From a bacterium (GTDB taxonomy: Bacteria > Fidelibacterota > Fidelibacteria > Fidelibacterales > Fidelibacteraceae), in contig OY781066.1 in NCBI GenBank assembly GCA_963676395.1, positions 2,208,001-2,272,000 on the forward strand: DNA of 64,000 bases, written 5' to 3'. How positions within the stretch are numbered: position 1 is the first letter of the stretch; each line of letters opens with the position of its first letter. The position numbers and the translations under genes were made by a program. Of the stretch, positions 57,811-64,000 are shown piece after piece. The notes beneath the pieces are model-generated. The model made no database searches, was not told the DNA's origin, and was given only the letters and a program-made list of their open reading frames with translations.

Positions 57811-58880
57811 TGGAAAAATTTGAAAAGGGAGTATCCCTGTTTGAATATAAAAGTGCTGATCCATCGGTGATCGAAGAGATTAAAGCTCTAAAAGAAGAGC
57901 TAAAAGATGATCTTGTCATTTTAGGACATCACTACCAACGTGATGATGTTATCCAATTTGCCGATGTGCGCGGCGATTCGCTTGTACTGAGTCAAAAAGC
58001 TGCTGAAATGGATAAAAAACATATTGTATTTTGCGGTGTGTATTTTATGGCGGAGTGTGCAGATATTCTTACTTCCGATGAGCAAAAGGTATATTTACCC
58101 GATCTTCATGCCGGATGTGCTATGGCCGATATGGCAAAATTGGCTGAGGTTGAAATGATTTGGGAGCATCTGACTCGCAATAGCGATGTGAAGATCATTC
58201 CAATTACCTATATAAATTGTTCTGCAGATATCAAATACTTTGTCGGAAAGCACGATGGCATTATTTGTACATCTTCCAATGCCTCTAAAATATTTGACTG
58301 GGCCATGGAGAGAGGGGAAAAGCTTTTATTCCTGCCTGATCAATATTTAGGCAAGAATACCGCTATTGCGAAAGGTATAGCGCAGGAAGAAATGTTTCTG
58401 CTGGATAGATTTCCGGATAAAAATGCTATTGAAAGAACGAAAGTCTTTTTGTGGAACGGTTATTGTAGCGTTCATAAGCGCTTTAAATTGAGCGATGTTG
58501 AAAAACGCAGGGCAGAATACCCGGGCATTAATATCGTCGTACATGGTGAATGTACGGATGATGTGGTCGCGGCTTCAGATGCATTCGGTTCTACCGCAGC
58601 TATTATCAAGATGATCTCCGAAGCGGAAAGTGGATCGGTTTGGGCGGTTGGCACCGAACAGCATCTTGTTAGAAGGATCATGAACCAACATCCCGATAAA
58701 ACCATCGTTCCTTTATCGGAACATGGTTTTCAGTGTGTTACAATGAACATGATCTCAGCGGAAAAATTATTGGAAACATTAAAAGAAATTAAGAATAAAA
58801 AAGAAGATCATCTGATCGAAGTCGATAAAGAGATTAAACACTTTGCCAAAACCGCTCTAGTGCGTATGTTAAACCTATGA
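57810..58880 (+). CDS. nadA: Quinolinate synthase
   Basis: LGHHYQ, GDS, FCGVYFMAE, AGCAMA, YINCSA, CTSSNA, PDQYLG, CSVH, GTE, C.TM. Confidence 0.95.
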   Translation: MEKFEKGVSLFEYKSADPSVIEEIKALKEELKDDLVILGHHYQRDDVIQFADVRGDSLVLSQKAAEMDKKHIVFCGVYFMAECADILTSDEQKVYLPDLHAGCAMADMAKLAEVEMIWEHLTRNSDVKIIPITYINCSADIKYFVGKHDGIICTSSNASKIFDWAMERGEKLLFLPDQYLGKNTAIAKGIAQEEMFLLDRFPDKNAIERTKVFLWNGYCSVHKRFKLSDVEKRRAEYPGINIVVHGECTDDVVAASDAFGSTAAIIKMISEAESGSVWAVGTEQHLVRRIMNQHPDKTIVPLSEHGFQCVTMNMISAEKLLETLKEIKNKKEDHLIEVDKEIKHFAKTALVRMLNL

Positions 58881-59617
58881 TTAAAAAAGCCATTGCCATT
58901 TTAACTCTACTGACGATCATTCTGACAAGTTGTGCTACCAAATCCTATGTCAGGCTCGAAAACGAACGCATCCAAAACGAAAGCGTGGCTTCCGATTCTA
59001 CTTTAATGGTGGAGATATTGAATCGCAGTGATCGACAAGATTATGTCAGAGATTCACTTTTTTATGATTTAAGTAATCAAACACAGAGCATTATCATTGA
59101 TTTGATGGGTGAATTATATTACAAATCATACCAAATTGATTCTTTGGAAAGCAAATTGGCAAATCAGGCAGTGTTTTTAGATAGCATTACTACCGATGTA
59201 ACGAATTTGCAAAAGCTTGAGAGTCGTTTTGGAGATGCCGATTATAGTATGTACGATTTATCTCAAATATCCGCTAATCTAGATTCTCTCAATTCCAATC
59301 AAAAGTATCTTTCTCGTGAATTACAGTACATGATTCGTGATCTTGGCTTGATTGAACGAAATTTGATGGATATTATGAATTATTCAATAAATTCCATGAA
59401 AAACCGTTTGAACACTTCTACAGCTATGATGAATCATGCTTTGTATCACCATAATGCGACGGCTTATAAACTGATCATGGTATATTTAATGACTAACAAT
59501 TCATCGGATCCCAATGAATTGCTGACCTATATTGATTCCGTATATTCTCTGGGCCCAGCTCTTGATACAATTAATGTATCATTTGACCTGCCGAGCGATT
59601 CGAGTTCTATAAAGTAA
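58877..59617 (+). CDS. Hypothetical coiled-coil lipoprotein
   Basis: LTSC lipobox; ATGA overlap with nadA. Confidence 0.7.
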   Translation: MIKKAIAILTLLTIILTSCATKSYVRLENERIQNESVASDSTLMVEILNRSDRQDYVRDSLFYDLSNQTQSIIIDLMGELYYKSYQIDSLESKLANQAVFLDSITTDVTNLQKLESRFGDADYSMYDLSQISANLDSLNSNQKYLSRELQYMIRDLGLIERNLMDIMNYSINSMKNRLNTSTAMMNHALYHHNATAYKLIMVYLMTNNSSDPNELLTYIDSVYSLGPALDTINVSFDLPSDSSSIK

Positions 59618-59818
59618 AAGTGGTGACCTGCCAACCGGCAACGGAGGAAAGCGAAGGGTCATATAATTATGGATGATTATATCAAAGTATTATCCCGTAC
59701 TATGTGCGGGTTTTTCGATTTTGTTGTATTTTCAATTCAATGCATATTTAAAATATGAGTGGATTTTGTTTCATATGCATTAACGGTATTCCAAGAAAAG
59801 GTCCATGTTGATAGATAT

Positions 59819-59844
59819 AAAAAGCCCCGGTATTTTACCGGGGC
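59819..59844 (-). terminator. Rho-independent terminator after the S46 peptidase
   Basis: gccccggta-ttt-taccggggc with a U-tail on the minus strand. Confidence 0.8.
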
Positions 59845-59864
59845 AATTCGTAACCTTTAGGTCA

Positions 59865-61970
59865 TTATATGCCCATTTCCTCCAATATCCAATTTCCACC
59901 TGCAAATTCTGAGGTAATAAAAAGGATATAGCGGATGTCGACAGCAATGGTGCGTTGAATAATCGGTTGAAATAACCAATCCGATGTCATGGCTTCGTAG
60001 TTTCCGTCAAAAGCCAATCCGATCAATTCTCCTTTGGCATTCATGATAGATGAACCACTATTTCCGTTGGTAATATCTGTAGTGAGCAAAAAGTTAACAG
60101 GTACATCGCCTAATTCGGGGTCTATCCATTTATTTTTAGATTTAATTTGACTAAGTTTTGCCGGCATGTCAAAGGGTTCTTGTCCGGTATTCTTGGCAAT
60201 GACCCCCGCTAATGTTGTAAATGCCTGATAATAAACGGCATCTTTGGGCGAATAGCCTTCTACTTTTCCATAGGTAAAGCGCATGGTTCCGGTTGCATCC
60301 GGATATTGGGGAGTATCTCTATAGATCGCCAATAATTCCATATACTGTTCGCGTACATCGTTTAAACGAGCTTCCCAATTGCGTGTTCGTTGTTTTTGCT
60401 CAAGTTTTGGGGCGTATAGTGAAATAGCGAACTGGATAATAGGATCATCCAAAGCTTCGATTCTGGATGCCGACATAGATAAGAGCTTATTAACAAATTC
60501 AGGATCTTTGAGTTTTGTTTTCTTGTAAGCATTGTTTACAAAGGTGTGAGCATTTTCCGGAAGTTCAATATAATACTCTTTGTTCAGTTTTTTTGCCTTG
60601 TTGATGGCATATTGTAGGACAGCCTTATCGTTACCTTCGTGAAAAGAGTAGAAACGATAGGGGAGCTGTTGTATATACTCATGAATGCGTTTTTCGGAGA
60701 AGTCAGGGTCACGATCAGCCTCGGGTTTATCCCGCTCTCTTGCCATTTTATAGGCATATTCGGCAAAGTCGTAAAGCAGACCGCTGTTATAGCCGAAAGT
60801 ATTCAGCATTTTATCATATTCGTTGAATGATTCCTTTTCTTTGATCAGCTCATTCATACTGTCAAAAACATGTGAATAGCGATTTCTAAGCTTATTATTG
60901 CCGTTTACATATTTCCTGATTTCATCTTCTTCGGCTTTATGCATCCCGATAAAATCAACGGCTTCAAAGCCATCAATATTACCCTGATATTTTTTCATGC
61001 TGTTATTGATGCCTGCATGTCGGCTAGAAAGCAATAATTTTGCTTTGGGATCTTTGTCGTAGATATTCTCAATAATCTCGATATAGTCTTTGTATTCTTC
61101 AATTTTAGGCTGGTATTTATACTTAATGGTATGCTCGATATCCGTTGAGGTGCGATAGCGCGTTGTAACGCCGGGGAAGCCGATAATAAAGGCGGGATCG
61201 CCGATCGATAGATCATCTTTGGCAACTTTCAGGTAAGAATTGACCATCAACGGGACATTATCTTGGGAATATTCTGCCGGATTACCGTCAATATCCTGAT
61301 AAACACGGTAGAAAGTAAAATCCCCCGTATGCCTTGGCCACATCCAATTGTCGATATCACCACCGTATTTGCCGATAGAAGCGGGTGGTGCATAAACGAT
61401 ACGGACATCAAGGTATTTTGTGTAGGTATATTTTCGGTATTCTCGACCTTCGAACAGCTTTACCACTTTGCAGTAAACGTAGGGACTGTTTCCTTCGGTC
61501 TCTTTTATGATCTCTCTGATCTTTTTCTTGATCATTATTTCGCGTTGTGTCAGATCGGAGGCTTTTCGTACGGCCTTGAAGATATCTTTACTTACATCCT
61601 GTATATCCTGGAGTACATAGGCGTATTGACCCGGAGCAGGGAGCTCCTGGGAGTAATTATTGGCAAGAAAGCCTTCTTTGATATAGTCTTTTTGATCTCT
61701 GGCGGAAGCTCTTTGCAATGAACTGTAGGCGCAGTGATGATTGGTTAATATCAAACCTTTAGGTGAAACAAAAGCTGCCGAACAACCGCCAAGCCAAACG
61801 ATGGATCGGTGTAACGACGGACCGTTTTCTTTGTATATTTCTTCGGCTGAGATATTAAAGCCTTTGGATTGAAGATCGAGGTCTTTAATCTGAGACATCA
61901 GCCACATACCTTCATCGGCTGAAAGTAAAGAAAAAACAATAATTAAAGTGATGGCAATACGCTTCTTCAT
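59865..61970 (-). CDS. S46 family dipeptidyl-peptidase, DPP7-like
   Basis: ADEGMW, TNHHC, DNWMWPRHTGDF, GNSGS; GLAFDGN has Gly where DPP11 has Arg. Confidence 0.92.
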   Translation of the reverse strand: MKKRIAITLIIVFSLLSADEGMWLMSQIKDLDLQSKGFNISAEEIYKENGPSLHRSIVWLGGCSAAFVSPKGLILTNHHCAYSSLQRASARDQKDYIKEGFLANNYSQELPAPGQYAYVLQDIQDVSKDIFKAVRKASDLTQREIMIKKKIREIIKETEGNSPYVYCKVVKLFEGREYRKYTYTKYLDVRIVYAPPASIGKYGGDIDNWMWPRHTGDFTFYRVYQDIDGNPAEYSQDNVPLMVNSYLKVAKDDLSIGDPAFIIGFPGVTTRYRTSTDIEHTIKYKYQPKIEEYKDYIEIIENIYDKDPKAKLLLSSRHAGINNSMKKYQGNIDGFEAVDFIGMHKAEEDEIRKYVNGNNKLRNRYSHVFDSMNELIKEKESFNEYDKMLNTFGYNSGLLYDFAEYAYKMARERDKPEADRDPDFSEKRIHEYIQQLPYRFYSFHEGNDKAVLQYAINKAKKLNKEYYIELPENAHTFVNNAYKKTKLKDPEFVNKLLSMSASRIEALDDPIIQFAISLYAPKLEQKQRTRNWEARLNDVREQYMELLAIYRDTPQYPDATGTMRFTYGKVEGYSPKDAVYYQAFTTLAGVIAKNTGQEPFDMPAKLSQIKSKNKWIDPELGDVPVNFLLTTDITNGNSGSSIMNAKGELIGLAFDGNYEAMTSDWLFQPIIQRTIAVDIRYILFITSEFAGGNWILEEMGI

Positions 61971-62203
61971 ATAAAAATACTCCTTATCTCTTACGGTGCT
62001 AAATGTAAGGGTTTAATGCCTAAATGTGAAATGGAAATTAATAAGTAATGATAGATTTTATATTAAATATTTGTAGGGTCAGAATATGAGTAATACGAAT
62101 GGTTTAAACCATCTGCGGTACTTTGTGGTTAAGCCTTGCATTAAGATTCATGATTCGATACTTATAAGTCGAAAAGCCAGAATTTAGAATCTGGGATCAT
62201 TAT

Positions 62204-63142
62204 TTATTTTTGAACCCTAATATTTAACATCATTCTCGCTTTTTTTGCGTATAATTTACTCAATTCATTTTTCCAAGAGGTCTTATCCAAAGCTGTAATG
62301 CTGATTTTTATGTTTTTCGATTCAAATTCGATGAAGGCTTTGATGTGGGCGATGACGGCATTTTGTGATCTAAGCTTAGATAGAAGGGTTTCTAGATCTC
62401 GGATGATGGTTGGAAAAACATTATTCTCGTCAGTATAGTCCCTGACTTTTTCTTCCCAGACCAGTTTGTCCAATGCTAATGAATGTGCTTTGGCATCGAA
62501 ATGATTATCGGGCAATAAAGGAACAGTCTCGGACGAAATTGCTTGATACCAATTTATAATATCATCATTGTTTTGAGCGCTTTGAAGCAAGATACGTTTA
62601 TGAGGATACATGGATACGAGTTCATCTTTTAATGTATTGATATCCACTTTAGATAATAAATCAAATTTATTGATAATAAGAAAGTTAGACTCTCTTATCT
62701 GAGCTTTGAATGTACTGCTTACCGAATCGGAAAAGGGAAGGAAATACCCCTTGATCAAGCGTAGCATGAGTCTGGCATCCACGATGGCGGATAGTGAATC
62801 GGGATGGTGATCGGATCCTTCGATAAGTGGTTGCATTACGCTGCCCACCAGATTGGCGGCCGAGCCAATGGCTTCGGCAAAGACGATATCCGGATCGACA
62901 TTATCTTTGAGGTCATCAAGTTGTTTGACCATATCTTGATAGTGTGAGCAAAAACATCCGGATTGCACTTCGGTTGAAGGAATATCAGCGGCACGTATAA
63001 AGGCGGTATCAACCAGATATTTTCCTTGATCATTGGTAATTACGGCAACTGTTTTGCCTTGAAGCATGAGATGCTTACAACAATTGATGATACTGGTGGT
63101 CTTACCGGCGCCCAGAAAACCTGTAACAAGGTGTAATTGCAT
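62204..63142 (-). CDS. G3E-family GTPase (CobW/HypB-like metallochaperone)
   Basis: GFLGAGKTT, ITNDQG, GCFC, EAIG, INKFD. Confidence 0.85.
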   Translation of the reverse strand: MQLHLVTGFLGAGKTTSIINCCKHLMLQGKTVAVITNDQGKYLVDTAFIRAADIPSTEVQSGCFCSHYQDMVKQLDDLKDNVDPDIVFAEAIGSAANLVGSVMQPLIEGSDHHPDSLSAIVDARLMLRLIKGYFLPFSDSVSSTFKAQIRESNFLIINKFDLLSKVDINTLKDELVSMYPHKRILLQSAQNNDDIINWYQAISSETVPLLPDNHFDAKAHSLALDKLVWEEKVRDYTDENNVFPTIIRDLETLLSKLRSQNAVIAHIKAFIEFESKNIKISITALDKTSWKNELSKLYAKKARMMLNIRVQK

Positions 63143-63143
63143 G

Positions 63144-64000
63144 TCAGATCAATGTTTTGATATACGTAACAAATTTATCGTGTTGAGGTATGATCGAGGA
63201 GGCGTATAGTTTACCGTTTACATAGATAGCCGGCAAATTCTTGATCCCCATTTTTTTTACTCTGGCCACATTTTCGGGCTCGGTGATCTTGTATTCGATA
63301 AGCTCAATTTTATCCTCAAAGATAGGTATGAGTCTTGTTGCGGCGGCTTTACAGTAGGTACAGGCGGCGCAGGCGGCAGAATCGATGGTGAAAACTTCAA
63401 TCAAGGGTTTAGTCAGATTATTGTAATCGGGCAACTCAATTTCTATTTCGACATCTTTTTTGGAATAATTTTCAAGCATTTTACGATAGATATCAGGGTT
63501 TCGCAAGGTTTCAATGACGGCAATGGTATTTTCGACAGGTGTATCGTAAGGCATATCGCAACCGGGGGATATGATCAGATGTTCATGCTCAACCGTATCT
63601 AAAAAATCCAGCATGAATTTCGAATTATCCTGTTGGTTTCCCAGTAGCATTACGGTTGTAAGCGGAATGTTACCACCGATAACGATGTTGTGAGCATCGG
63701 TAACTTTTTTGGCTTCAATCATATTGATGTTTTCATCAATGGAGATCATATCCGGTTTAGTTTTACACATTACATCCATGTTCTTGCTGGCATCACCACA
63801 AACAAACAGACAAGAATGAATGTTTTTATTTTTGATATGAGAAAATAGATCCGAAAGTGGTTCATGTAGGAATTGCTCAAACATTTCCGGTGAGATCTGC
63901 GAAACTACCGGATCAACCACTGCGATCACATCCATGCCGGCTTCAATATAGAGGTCGCTCATGGTTTTCGCCACCTCTGTACAGTAGTTGATCAATGCCT
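63144..64000 (-). CDS. 5'-partial uroporphyrinogen-decarboxylase-fold (MtaA/CmuA-like) methyltransferase with C-terminal thioredoxin-like domain
   Basis: VVDP, FVCG, GGNIP, SPGCD; CAACTYC and NLPAIYVNG; frame open to the window end. Confidence 0.8.
   Translation of the reverse strand, partial: ALINYCTEVAKTMSDLYIEAGMDVIAVVDPVVSQISPEMFEQFLHEPLSDLFSHIKNKNIHSCLFVCGDASKNMDVMCKTKPDMISIDENINMIEAKKVTDAHNIVIGGNIPLTTVMLLGNQQDNSKFMLDFLDTVEHEHLIISPGCDMPYDTPVENTIAVIETLRNPDIYRKMLENYSKKDVEIEIELPDYNNLTKPLIEVFTIDSAACAACTYCKAAATRLIPIFEDKIELIEYKITEPENVARVKKMGIKNLPAIYVNGKLYASSIIPQHDKFVTYIKTLI

Noticed and set aside
59622..59810. RNase P RNA or SRP RNA
   Set aside because: GAGGAAAG is not followed by the GTCC of RNase P, and the SRP CAGG...AGCAG loop is absent.
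1535..63033. Numerous 60-170 aa ORFs nested in or antisense to long genes (for example 5813-6223, 18417-18863, 44414-44920, 51316-51679, 61263-61721)
   Set aside because: Shadow frames of well-supported genes, lacking motifs; the Leu-rich one at 51316 is the antisense of the batC Gln repeat.

Overview
Bacterial chromosomal DNA of moderately low GC. BatC/D/E, an S46 peptidase, GH9, many lipoproteins and clear Shine-Dalgarno sites suggest an FCB-group lineage such as Marinimicrobia (inference). Both flanks (about 1-19.8 kb and 40.5-64 kb) carry housekeeping, envelope and catabolic genes: amidase, octaheme cytochrome-TPR, serA/serB/DUF1015, ABC-F, lon, rpe, GH9-CE4, ogt, batCDE, cobO, nadA, DPP7 and a corrinoid methyltransferase. 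These flanks hold many small repeats (GTAG-type REP palindromes, GTCAT...ATGAC MITE-like elements, 7-bp tandem arrays). Between a lipA remnant (~20.1 kb) and the GH9 gene (~40.5 kb) lies a ~20 kb, mostly very AT-rich mosaic island with two unusual operons. Operon 1 is FRG - peptide-type ABC importer - SIR2-like protein - radical SAM enzyme. Operon 2 is unknown 424-aa protein - small EACC1-like protein - caspase-like protease with an apparent solute-binding (SBP-like) C-terminal domain - polar amino acid ABC importer - GRAS-like methyltransferase - TorF-like porin - membrane protein. Operon 2 is the best candidate for an undescribed system, possibly a small-molecule-gated caspase with its own signal-modifying enzyme and uptake route. 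All domain calls are by-eye motif recognition; no searches were run. No rRNA, tRNA, CRISPR array, integrase or transposase was recognised.
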